Positions 9,880-18,576 of a DNA stretch of 64,000 nucleotides are shown here, piece after piece. Each line of letters begins with the position of its first letter. Position 1 is the stretch's first letter. Source of the DNA: Verrucomicrobiota bacterium (GTDB lineage Bacteria; Verrucomicrobiota; Lentisphaeria; Lentisphaerales; Lentisphaeraceae); NCBI GenBank assembly GCA_039798785.1, contig JBDKFG010000004.1:1-64000 (forward strand). The letters are read 5' to 3'. The notes beneath the pieces were generated by a model that saw only the letters and a list, made by a program, of their open reading frames with translations, was not told where the DNA came from and did no database searches. The position numbers were made by a program, and so were the translations under genes.

Positions 9880-11121
9880 ATGGCCCAGTGGACTTGGTCC
9901 TGGAGGCTGCTTGGCACGATGTCCGACAAGAAGCTGGCGGATCAACTTGGCACTTCACCCCTAGCCGTGACCTGGCGGCGACGGAGTTTCGGGCGGGCAG
10001 CGTGGAGCCAGCATAAATCCGACTGGACGCCGACGGATGAGCAGAAGGCTATGCTTGGGAAGGTCATGGACACCGAACTCGCGAAAGCTGCGGGCGTTTC
10101 GCTCCGTTCGGTGCGCAATGCCCGTCGAAAACTGGGATTGAAACCCGCATTCAGTCCTTGGGAGCCCAGTCCAGAAATTCTCGGCCTCATGGGCAAACTT
10201 TCCGACCGAGAAGTGGCGCAGCGCGCCGGGGTCAAGACCAGCTTGATTTGCAGCTATCGTCAAAAACACGGCATAAAAAGCGGCATCAAGGCCTGGCAGC
10301 CCGATCCACAACAGGAATCCCTACTTGGCAAGATGCCAGATGCCGAGTTGGCTGCAAAAGCAGGGGTGACCGAAGCAGTGATCCGTTTTCATCGTCGCAA
10401 GAAGGACATCCCAGCCTTCACGGTGCCGTGGCAGCCGAGCCCCGAAATACGCGATCTTATCGGCGTCCTGCCGGACAAGGAAATTGCCAGGCGTTATAAT
10501 ATTCGAGCGAACAAGGTGCGCAATTGGCGGATCAAGCACGGCCTGGAAGCCATTCCACGCGCTTGGGAACCGACGGACGAGCAGATTGCCTTGATGGGAA
10601 AAATCACCGACCGGGAGCTGGCAAAGTTGGCCGGCGTCAATGCTTCAGTGGTTACCTCTCACCGCAGTAAACGGGGCATTGCTGCCGCACCGATCTATTG
10701 GACGCCGAGTCCTGAACAGCTAGCCTTGCTGGGGAGCAAGCCCGATAAAACCCTAGCGAAGGAATGGGGTGTCAACTCCAAGTCAGTTGTCGCACATCGG
10801 CAGCGCTTAGGCATTCCGCTGTTCGACGAGTCCCCTTGGACTCCGAAAATCGATGCTTTGCTGGGCAAAATCTCCGATGCGGATCTGGCCCGGGAAATCG
10901 GTGTGGCACGCGCCACAGTCAGCAGGCGGCGACGGAAGAAGAATATCCCTGCGCTTATTGAGTCTTCCTTCCCGGATCTGGAGATCGTTTGGTCTCCATC
11001 GATGATTGCCGTCCTCGGCACGATGCCTGACAAGGAAGTTGCGGCGCGACTCGGCATCAGCATTGATAGTGTGTTTCAGAAGCGTCATGCGCTGGGGATT
11101 GCGGCGCACAAAAAAGGCTGA
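9880..11121 (+). CDS. Protein made of about 9 tandem ~45-aa HTH-like repeats (probable DNA-binding)
   Basis: Repeated W.P.PE...LLGK.(P/S)D.E(L/V)A...GV....V...R(R/Q)K.GI motif across the whole ORF; GAGG RBS. Confidence 0.8.
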   Translation: MAQWTWSWRLLGTMSDKKLADQLGTSPLAVTWRRRSFGRAAWSQHKSDWTPTDEQKAMLGKVMDTELAKAAGVSLRSVRNARRKLGLKPAFSPWEPSPEILGLMGKLSDREVAQRAGVKTSLICSYRQKHGIKSGIKAWQPDPQQESLLGKMPDAELAAKAGVTEAVIRFHRRKKDIPAFTVPWQPSPEIRDLIGVLPDKEIARRYNIRANKVRNWRIKHGLEAIPRAWEPTDEQIALMGKITDRELAKLAGVNASVVTSHRSKRGIAAAPIYWTPSPEQLALLGSKPDKTLAKEWGVNSKSVVAHRQRLGIPLFDESPWTPKIDALLGKISDADLAREIGVARATVSRRRRKKNIPALIESSFPDLEIVWSPSMIAVLGTMPDKEVAARLGISIDSVFQKRHALGIAAHKKG

Positions 11122-11141
11122 CTCCAAGGAGTCAGCCTTTT
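11112..11141. terminator. Bidirectional intrinsic terminator
   Basis: aaaaggctgactcc-aa-ggagtcagcctttt between convergent genes. Confidence 0.8.
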
Positions 11142-11165
11142 GCAGAATCCAGCTTTGGAAAAAGC

Positions 11166-11417
11166 TTATTTGGCCTTGGCGGCGTCGAGTTGTTTTTGCA
11201 GCTTGGCGATCTGCTTCTGAATCTTGGCGGCGGCTTTGCCGTCGTGGGCTTTCAGGGCGGCGTCGATCGCGGTCTTGTGCGACTTGAGGTTCTTCAGGCC
11301 GGCGTAGAAGTTTTTCAACTGCACGCTGTTGAGTTTGTTCAGGGCTTCACGCAGGGCGGCAGTGTTCTTGCGGCCTTCGCTTTTTTTCTTGCCATCAGCA
11401 GTCTTGGTCTCAGCCAT
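11166..11417 (-). CDS. Small Lys/Ala-rich basic protein (histone-like/nucleoid-associated candidate)
   Basis: 83 aa, very basic, C-terminal coiled coil; GGAG RBS 8 nt upstream of ATG 11417. Confidence 0.7.
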   Translation of the reverse strand: MAETKTADGKKKSEGRKNTAALREALNKLNSVQLKNFYAGLKNLKSHKTAIDAALKAHDGKAAAKIQKQIAKLQKQLDAAKAK

Positions 11418-11501
11418 GATCATTCTCCATTGGGTTGTGTGAATCTCTAGCAATCTCTGACGTCAAAACTAATCAGATTCTGCTACAAATCAACACTCAT
11501 T

Positions 11502-12062
11502 TTACTCGGAATATTCAAATTCAGAAATGCCGCGAAGATCCATTATCTCCTTCAACTGGCGGAAGGAATAGGGATAATAATCATGGGTGTCGACGCCGAC
11601 ATCCTGACGCTTGCCTTGAGCAGGCAGTTTGCCGTGGGAATGCCCATGAACGTGCCAGGATCCGTGATGGGATTTGTTCCACACCTGGAAGGCGTAGTGA
11701 CAGCAGATGATCAGTTGCTTCTCCCCGACATCATGCACCACCAGCTCGAGATAATCATTGCAGCTCCGGAAAAACTCGCCATTGCCGGGGTGATCGTGAT
11801 TGCCAAGAACGAGATGATGTTGGCCATTGAGACGCTTGATGATGCTTCTCGTCTTTTCCGGCGGCGCAAAGGAGAAGTCGCCAAGATGGATCACGACATC
11901 GTTTTTCCCGACCACGGCATTGTGGCGGAGGATCAGTTCTTCGTGCATCTCCTCGACATTCTGGAAGGGCCTCTGGGTGTATTTGATGATGTTCTCGTGA
12001 AACCAATGCTGATCGCCGGTGAAGAAGATCTTCCCGTCTTTGAGCTGGTGGCTGATTTTCAT
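11502..12062 (-). CDS. Calcineurin-like metallophosphoesterase (phage-type), intact copy of gene 2
   Basis: Motifs GDQH.H, HLGDFS, LGNHD, CHY, HGHSH. Confidence 0.9.
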   Translation of the reverse strand: MKISHQLKDGKIFFTGDQHWFHENIIKYTQRPFQNVEEMHEELILRHNAVVGKNDVVIHLGDFSFAPPEKTRSIIKRLNGQHHLVLGNHDHPGNGEFFRSCNDYLELVVHDVGEKQLIICCHYAFQVWNKSHHGSWHVHGHSHGKLPAQGKRQDVGVDTHDYYPYSFRQLKEIMDLRGISEFEYSE

Positions 12063-12478
12063 GATTTCACTCCGGCTTCGGGGTTTTTCCAAGTGCCATT
12101 TTGCAGCTCCTCCCAGCTCAAGAGCACCTGGCCGTGACGCTGACCTTGAAGATGGATGAGGCCGAAGACGCGGATGCCTCGCCAGTCCTCGACATAGCTT
12201 TGGTGCTGGTGTCCATGGACAATCTGCTTAGGACGGAGCCTCTCGACAAGCTCCAGATAGCGTGCGTTGCAATTCGCAGTGTAGGCCTCGGCCATGCCGT
12301 CGACGGGGAAACGCGCGGCAAAGGCGGCATGGGCCCCTCGAACTGCCTCAGTCAGTGGCGAGTCGTGAGAGACGAGAAGATCAATGGGGTGCCGAGGCGC
12401 GATTCTGCCGACATCGAGCTCAGGGTCGAGGGCTTCCTCGGGAAACCACTCCACCATCGGCGTCCGAAGAGGGCGGCC
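12059..12478 (-). pseudogene. 3' fragment of metallophosphoesterase gene 1 (paralog of 24693..25505)
   Basis: 'WFPEEALDPELD...SHDSPLTEAV...HGHQHQSYVEDW' nearly the same as the C-terminal half of the 24693..25505 product; N-terminal half missing. Confidence 0.85.
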
Positions 12479-13140
12479 CGCCGCGGTCCGCTCACTCCCG
12501 ACCACACCATCCGCACCAAGCGCCTGCCTGCGGTCATCGCTGACAATCCCGAAGTTGAGATCGCCGGATACGCTGGCGAATACCAGCGCTACTTCGATCG
12601 TCACGCCAAGTCCGAGCATCGCCGCCTCGATCCGGCGCCGCGTTGGGCCGTCTGGCAGGATCGCGGCCTGCTCTCCTTCGGCGCCAGCCGTCAGGAGGCG
12701 TCCCAGATCCTCGACATCGCCGCCCACACCGCCCAGTCGATTCTCGATGCCGAAGCTCTTGGAGGTTGGCACCCCTTGAGCGCCGCCGAGCTCTTCGCCA
12801 TCGAATACTGGGAACTCGAGCAGCGCAAGCTCAAATCCAGCGCCGCCCGGCCGCAGTTGCAAGGCAAGATCGCCCTGGTCACCGGCGCCGCCGCCGGCAT
12901 CGGCCGCCTCTGCGCCGAAGAGCTCCTCCGCCAAGGTGCCTGCGTCGTCGGCATCGACATCTCGGCCGAGCTCGATGAGCTGAAACATCCCTCCTTCCTC
13001 GGCCTGCGCTGCGACCTCGGCGTCGAGGCGGAACTCAAGGCCGCGGTGGAACGCTGCGTCGCCGAGTTCGGCGGCCTCGACATCGTCATTTGCAACGCCG
13101 GCATCTTCATCGCCGGGGACTACGTCGAGAAGCTTGAAAA
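12479..13140 (+). pseudogene. Internal fragment of a bifunctional class II aldolase/short-chain dehydrogenase (RhaD-SDR-like)
   Basis: 'GPLTPDHTIRTKR', 'LDPAPRW', 'IEYWELEQRKL', 'GKIALVTGAAAGIG', 'FGGLDIVICNAGIF'; both termini missing. Confidence 0.85.
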
Positions 13141-13279
13141 CATCGTGCCACGGATGAACATGGAGCTTCTCAAGGCCAATGTGCTGGACGGGAAAACTCT
13201 TGACTGTCGAGTACTTAAGAGCTTATTATCAATGTGTTATGACCAAATTGTGACTGGTGACAGGACTGTTGGTTCTAGG

Positions 13280-14629
13280 TCAATTAGTTTGGTAGCTGCC
13301 TATTGGAGCATCACACAGAGGGCAGCACCAATCGGCAGGCAAGTGATTAAAAGGAGTGCCGGGGGCGATGCCGAGGGTCGGCGAGCCGAGTTCCGCCAGG
13401 TATTCGCTGCGGCAGTCCCGACAATGATGACGTTGTGGCAGGGGAGCTTGCGGCAAAGGCATGGCCAGCGGCTGTGGATCGCGAGCAGGAGTAGCGACAA
13501 ACTGCCGCTGTAAGTCCACCAAGGCCTGGCGAAGCCGGCTGAAACTGAGCTCGGACGCATGCTCAATGATGACGGGTGAACGAGGATCAAAACCGGCTTT
13601 GTGACTGAGGCGATAACGGCGCAGACCGAAGAAGCCGCGTTGCGATTCGATCAAGACCATAGAGCCGCATTCGGGATCGGCGTTGATCGCGAGACTGAGG
13701 CCAGAGAGCTCGCGGCTGTCGAGTCGCTGAGACAAGATAAGGGCATCGGGATCGGCGGGGGGCAGGAGCCAGGTGGCATCGCGTCCACCTTGCAAGGGGA
13801 GGCGGAGGGTGGCGCAGAGGCGGCGCCAGATGGCGAGGGTGTCAGGCGCGAGGTGTTTGATCAGCAATTGACGTTGCGGCGTCAGATAGAGCTGGCCGAG
13901 CCCTTGCAGGCGGGCGGTGTCGGCGAGGGCCTGCAGAGTTTGCCAACGCCAGGGCTGTTGGCGGTTATCGAGGATGAGGGAGAAGCGTCCATCATCCTGG
14001 CGCAAGAAGCCTGCGGCTGGAGCGGCGGGGGCGTCAGCTGGAGCAAAAGCCGGAGCTGTCTTCAGGCGTGGCAGGTTTTCCAGTAATGAGGAGGAGAGGG
14101 AAAGAACGGAGCAATCCGGATCGGCAGCGAGGCGTTTCCTGACGAGGGAGATCGCGACGGAGATCAAATCGCTGGGAATGAGTGAAGGAAACAGATGGCG
14201 TTGGCGCTGGAGACGGAAGACCAGGAACCAGTAGCCAGGGTCTTCCGAGGCGATGAAGTTCAGCCGTCCGCTGAAGAGCGGCGTAAAAGCCTGGGCCGGA
14301 TGGCAGAGGTTGACTGCAATTCCTAGATCGGGAGGCAGTGATTGGTGAATTTCGCGATAGGCGTCTTGCGCCACCGCCCAGTCCTTGCCGCTGAGTCCGC
14401 CGGCAAGTTGGGAGCTGATCAGGTTGGGAGATCCTTGGGCATCGCGGGCGAGCGGGCCGAAAGAGCGCAGGCGAGGGTGATCGGGGCTGACGCCGGGAAT
14501 GAGCAATTCCTGGCGCGGACCGAGGTGCAGCAGGCCATAAGGCGCGTCCTGAGCGGCGAGGGCGGCTTCTTCTAGTTCGCGCGGCGACAAGGCGCCGCCG
14601 AGAGGGCGGATGGCGGCAATGATGTTCAT
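13280..14629 (-). CDS. Rubredoxin-domain protein of the nitrate assimilation cluster (degenerate nitrite/sulfite-reductase-like repeats plus C-terminal rubredoxin)
   Basis: C-terminal 'C.DC..EY...GIAPGTPF..LPADWCCPLC'; internal 'LYLTPQRQLLIK'; start overlaps the nasA stop. Confidence 0.75.
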   Translation of the reverse strand: MNIIAAIRPLGGALSPRELEEAALAAQDAPYGLLHLGPRQELLIPGVSPDHPRLRSFGPLARDAQGSPNLISSQLAGGLSGKDWAVAQDAYREIHQSLPPDLGIAVNLCHPAQAFTPLFSGRLNFIASEDPGYWFLVFRLQRQRHLFPSLIPSDLISVAISLVRKRLAADPDCSVLSLSSSLLENLPRLKTAPAFAPADAPAAPAAGFLRQDDGRFSLILDNRQQPWRWQTLQALADTARLQGLGQLYLTPQRQLLIKHLAPDTLAIWRRLCATLRLPLQGGRDATWLLPPADPDALILSQRLDSRELSGLSLAINADPECGSMVLIESQRGFFGLRRYRLSHKAGFDPRSPVIIEHASELSFSRLRQALVDLQRQFVATPARDPQPLAMPLPQAPLPQRHHCRDCRSEYLAELGSPTLGIAPGTPFNHLPADWCCPLCDAPIGSYQTN

Positions 14630-17600
14630 GAGCGTGCCTCTTGTGAGCAGTTTTCCAACACACGTTTGACCTCGGGTTTGCACGATCCGCAACCGCTGCC
14701 GGCGCCGGAATTGGCGCACAGGGTGGCGAAGTCGCGGCAGCCGCCGATGACGAGTTTTTCGAGGTCGATCTTGCCGACGCTGGCGCAGGAGCAGACGATG
14801 GGCCCTTGCGGCGGCGGGCGGGCCTGGCCGCCGCGGAAGAGCGAGGCGCGACGGGCGCCGAGTTCGAGGCCTTGTTCGATCAGAGATTTGAACTCGGCGA
14901 ACTCGGTCTTGTCGCCGATGAGGATGGCGCCGACGAGGCGGTCCTTGAAGATCACGGCTTTTTTGTAGAAGCGCAAATGGCGGTCGAGGAGCACGACTTC
15001 TTCGGCTCCGTCCTTGTCGCCGAGGCCTGGGTTGCCGATGGCGCAAAGATCGAGATCTTTGATCTTGAGGACATTGAAGTCGAGACTGCCGCGGTATTCG
15101 ACATGCGGGTGACCGGCGAGACTGGCGGCGGCGACACGGGCCTGATCCTGAGCGGCGGGAGTGGTGCCGTAGAGCCGTCCGCGATGTTCGGCGATCTCGC
15201 CGATGGCGAAGATGGCGGGGTCGCTGCTGCGCATCCGTTCATCCACCAGAATGCCGCGGCTGCACTTGAGTCCGGCGGCGCGTCCGAGCTCGAAGTTGGG
15301 GCTGATGCCGGCGGCGAAGAAGAGGGCGTCGGCCTGCAAGTGGCGGCCGCTCTTGAGCTTGACCTCCTGCAGGGCGAATTCGCCATGCACCGATTCAACC
15401 TCGTCGTTGAAAATCAACTTGATGCCGCGGGCGCGGACTTCCTCGGCAAGGATGCCGCTGCCGGTGGCGTCAAGCTGACCGCGCATCAGTTGCGACGAGC
15501 GTTGCACGAGGGTGACTTCGATGCCCATTTCGACCAAGGCGCCGGCAAGCTCGAGACCCAGCAGGCCGCCGCCGCTGACCACGGCGCGACCGCCATCCTT
15601 CAGGTAGTCGCGGATGGCGTCGGCGTCGCGGCGGGTGCGCAGGCCGAAGATGCCTTTGATCTGCGGCAGTGGTTTGAGCGGGATGCTCGGGCGCGAACCG
15701 GTGGCGAGGACCAGGGTGTCGTAATGGTGTTGGCGTCCCATCGAGTCGAAGACGGTTTTCTGCTGCGGATCGATGCGGAGGATTTCCGATTCCGGGTGCA
15801 GCTTGACCTTCAGTTGACTGAGCTCATCGCCGCTGGTGGAGAGAAGTTCCTGCCAGGACTTGTCGCCGTTGAGGTATTCGGGCAGGAGGACGCGATTGTA
15901 GAAGGCCTCGGGTTCGCGGCTGAAGACTTCGATGCTGCCCTTGCCGCGCTGCTGGCGGAATTGGGAGCAGAATTCAAGGGCGGCGGCGCCGGCGCCGACG
16001 ACGAGGATGCGGCCGGCATCGGGGAAGATAGCTTCCACCTTCACCGCGCTGTGCTTCAAGTCGGGCTCTTTCGAGATCGGGTCAAAGAGGATCGGCGTCA
16101 GGTTGTTGGCGCGGGCGAGGATGCCGCCGCTGTTGCGTCCCCAGGTGATCGACATGAAGACGCTGCCGCGGCGCTGACCGGGCTCGAGGTGGGCGGCGGC
16201 GACGCATTCGCCGCGCGGATTGCTCAGGCGCATCGGCGCGCCCTCGACGATGCCGAGGCTGGCGGCGTCATCGGGATGGATGTCGATCACCGGCTCGGGT
16301 GCGTGCTGACGCAAGCGGGCGACCTTGCCGGTGCGGTTCATGCTGTGCCATTGATCGCGGACGCGTCCGGTGATCAGCAGGAAGGGGAAGGCTGCCGAGG
16401 TCTTTTCATCGTCGATTTCAGGCGCGACGCAATGGAGCTTGGCCTTGCGCGAGGCGGTGAAGAACTGCTGATCGGCGAAGAGGCGTGGCGTACCGGGATG
16501 CGAGGCATCGGGGCAAGGCCATTGCAGCGAGACGTTTTTAAGGCGTTCGTAGCTGACGCCGCAGATGTCGATGACGGTGCCGCGGGTCAGTTCGCGGCAG
16601 TCATTGAAGACGGCCTCGGCATCGGGGTAGGCGAACTGTTTTTCCCAGCCCATGGCCTGGGCGAAACGAATCATGATGGAGGAATCGCAAAGGGCCTGGC
16701 CGGGGGGATCGATGAGCTTGGGAAGATAGGTGATGCGGCGCTCGGAGTTGGTCATCGTGCCTTCTTTTTCGAGCCAGCCGGCGGCAGGCAGGACGAGGTC
16801 GGCGAAGTTGACGGTTTCGGCCTTTGACGAGGTTTCGCTGACCATGATGAAACGGGCCTTGGCGAAGGCTTTTTCGACCCGCTGCAGATCAGGGAAGGAG
16901 AAGATCGGGTTGGTGCACATGATCCACAAGGCTTTGAGCCGTCCATCTTCAAGCGCCTCGATCATCTCCAAGGCGGTGAGACCGGCTTTTGGCGCGATCG
17001 GGGCGACGGCCTGCCAGTGGGCGGCGACCTTGGCGCGATGCTCGGGATTGGCGAGATCGTGGTGTGCTGCCAGCATGGTGGCGAGGCCGCCGACTTCGCG
17101 GCCGCCCATGGCGTTGGGCTGACCGGTGAGCGAGAAGGGAGCGCAGCCGGGACGACCGATGCGGCCGGTGATCAGGTTGAGATTGATCAGCGAGGTGTTT
17201 TTGCGGACGCCGCCGCGCGACTGGTTGAGGCCCATGGCCCAGAGGGTGAGCAGGGTCTTCGATTGACCGATGATGCGGGCGGCCTCTTCGAGCTGGGCCA
17301 GCGGGATTTCGCAGGCGGCGGCTTCGACCTGGAGATCGAGGCCGGCGAGGAAGCTTTCGAGTTCGGGCCATCCTTCGCAACGCTGCTGCAGGAAGGGCAG
17401 ATCGGCGTAGCCACCGCGGATGAGCAGGGCGGCGAGGGCGTTGTGCAGGTGGATATCGCTGCCCGGGCGCAGCGCCAGGTGCAGGTCGGCCATCTCGGCG
17501 GTCTGGGTGCGGCGGGGGTCGACGACGATGAGCTTGACGCCGGGATTGGCGGCGCGATGGGCTTCGACGCGACGGAAGAGGATGGGGTGGCACCAGGCGG

Positions 17601-18117
17601 GGTTGGCACCGGTGATGAAGAGGCAGTCGCTGGCCTCGATGTCCTCGTAGCTGAAAGGCGGCGTGTCGTCGCCGAGGCTGAGCTTGTAACCGACGACGGC
17701 GCTGGACATGCAGAGGCGCGAATTGGTGTCGATGTTATTGGTGCCGAGGAAGCCCTTGCAGAGTTTGTTGGCAAGGTAGTATTCCTCGGTCAGCAACTGA
17801 CCGGAGACGAAAAGGCCGACCGAATCAGGGCCATAGCGGGCGATGATCGAACGGTAGACCGCGGCGGCGCGGAACATCGCTTCATCCCAGCTCACTTCCT
17901 GCAGCGGATGGTGGCGGGCGCTGCGCATTTGCGGCACCAGCAAGCGGTCGCTGCGGTCGGCGACGGTGTGATGCAGATTCATGCCTTTGCTGCACAATTG
18001 ACCCAGGCTGGAGGGGTGATCCGGGTCGCCGGTCAAGGTCAAGCCGCGCTCGTCCTGGTGAACAAGCACGCCGCATCCGACGCCGCAGTAAGAACAGGTG
18101 CTTCGAGAAGAAATCAT
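14626..18117 (-). CDS. nasA: Assimilatory nitrate reductase catalytic subunit fused to an NAD(P)H/FAD oxidoreductase and a BFD-like [2Fe-2S] domain
   Basis: 'STCSYCGVGCG', 'LCSKG', 'NIDTNSRLCMSSA', 'SLTGQPNAMGGRE', 'TGRVRDQWH', then 'VVGAG', 'LATGS', 'GGGLLGLE', 'VCSC...GSGCGSC'; alternative start at 18183. Confidence 0.93.
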   Translation of the reverse strand: MISSRSTCSYCGVGCGVLVHQDERGLTLTGDPDHPSSLGQLCSKGMNLHHTVADRSDRLLVPQMRSARHHPLQEVSWDEAMFRAAAVYRSIIARYGPDSVGLFVSGQLLTEEYYLANKLCKGFLGTNNIDTNSRLCMSSAVVGYKLSLGDDTPPFSYEDIEASDCLFITGANPAWCHPILFRRVEAHRAANPGVKLIVVDPRRTQTAEMADLHLALRPGSDIHLHNALAALLIRGGYADLPFLQQRCEGWPELESFLAGLDLQVEAAACEIPLAQLEEAARIIGQSKTLLTLWAMGLNQSRGGVRKNTSLINLNLITGRIGRPGCAPFSLTGQPNAMGGREVGGLATMLAAHHDLANPEHRAKVAAHWQAVAPIAPKAGLTALEMIEALEDGRLKALWIMCTNPIFSFPDLQRVEKAFAKARFIMVSETSSKAETVNFADLVLPAAGWLEKEGTMTNSERRITYLPKLIDPPGQALCDSSIMIRFAQAMGWEKQFAYPDAEAVFNDCRELTRGTVIDICGVSYERLKNVSLQWPCPDASHPGTPRLFADQQFFTASRKAKLHCVAPEIDDEKTSAAFPFLLITGRVRDQWHSMNRTGKVARLRQHAPEPVIDIHPDDAASLGIVEGAPMRLSNPRGECVAAAHLEPGQRRGSVFMSITWGRNSGGILARANNLTPILFDPISKEPDLKHSAVKVEAIFPDAGRILVVGAGAAALEFCSQFRQQRGKGSIEVFSREPEAFYNRVLLPEYLNGDKSWQELLSTSGDELSQLKVKLHPESEILRIDPQQKTVFDSMGRQHHYDTLVLATGSRPSIPLKPLPQIKGIFGLRTRRDADAIRDYLKDGGRAVVSGGGLLGLELAGALVEMGIEVTLVQRSSQLMRGQLDATGSGILAEEVRARGIKLIFNDEVESVHGEFALQEVKLKSGRHLQADALFFAAGISPNFELGRAAGLKCSRGILVDERMRSSDPAIFAIGEIAEHRGRLYGTTPAAQDQARVAAASLAGHPHVEYRGSLDFNVLKIKDLDLCAIGNPGLGDKDGAEEVVLLDRHLRFYKKAVIFKDRLVGAILIGDKTEFAEFKSLIEQGLELGARRASLFRGGQARPPPQGPIVCSCASVGKIDLEKLVIGGCRDFATLCANSGAGSGCGSCKPEVKRVLENCSQEARS

Positions 18118-18179
18118 GGGGGAGGCCCTCGATTGAAGATCGGTCAGATCAGTCCGATCGGACTGATCTTGGGAGTGAC

Positions 18180-18503
18180 TCACGCCTGGACCAACACCCG
18201 GCCGTTTTCCACCTTGACTGGGTAGGTCCGGATCTGGCCGCAGTCGCTGTCGCCGATCTGGCAGCCGGTCTTGAGGGAGAAGTTGCGCTTGTGCAAGGGG
18301 CAGACGACCTTGGGTTCGCCAGCGGTGTCGCCGGTGAGGCCGCGAGCGAGGACCATGCGTTTTTCGTGCGGGCAGAGGTTCTGGGTGGCGTACCAGCCGC
18401 GTTCCTGCAGGTTGAAGATGGCGATCTGCTCGTCGTTGATTTTGACGCAGCTGCCCAGTTCAGGGGCGAAGTCGGCGGCGGGGCCGCAGTCGTTCCAGTT
18501 CAT
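18180..18503 (-). CDS. nirD: Nitrite reductase small subunit (Rieske-type)
   Basis: 'QIAIF', 'QNLCPH', 'VLARGL.GD', 'VVCPLHKRNFSL.TG'. Confidence 0.93.
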   Translation of the reverse strand: MNWNDCGPAADFAPELGSCVKINDEQIAIFNLQERGWYATQNLCPHEKRMVLARGLTGDTAGEPKVVCPLHKRNFSLKTGCQIGDSDCGQIRTYPVKVENGRVLVQA

Positions 18504-18576
18504 TGAAAGCTCCAAGTTGAAAGATTGAAAGGTGTAAAACTGAGTCAAATGAGTCGTGAGTCACTATGATTTGTCC

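Noticed and set aside
12862..12874. 12/13-nt similarity of CRISPR spacer 1 to the aldolase/SDR fragment
   Set aside because: Too short, and it does not extend.
12101..13513. 470-aa ORF (and the opposite 12059..12988 ORF) as real genes
   Set aside because: Both are chimeric read-throughs of a rearrangement junction joining a phosphoesterase fragment, an aldolase/SDR fragment and antisense DNA.
18120..18183. N-terminal extension of NasA (SDRTDLTD)
   Set aside because: It is encoded by a short palindromic intergenic repeat (agatcagtccgatcggactgatct); ATG 18117 has its own RBS and directly precedes the conserved Cys motif.
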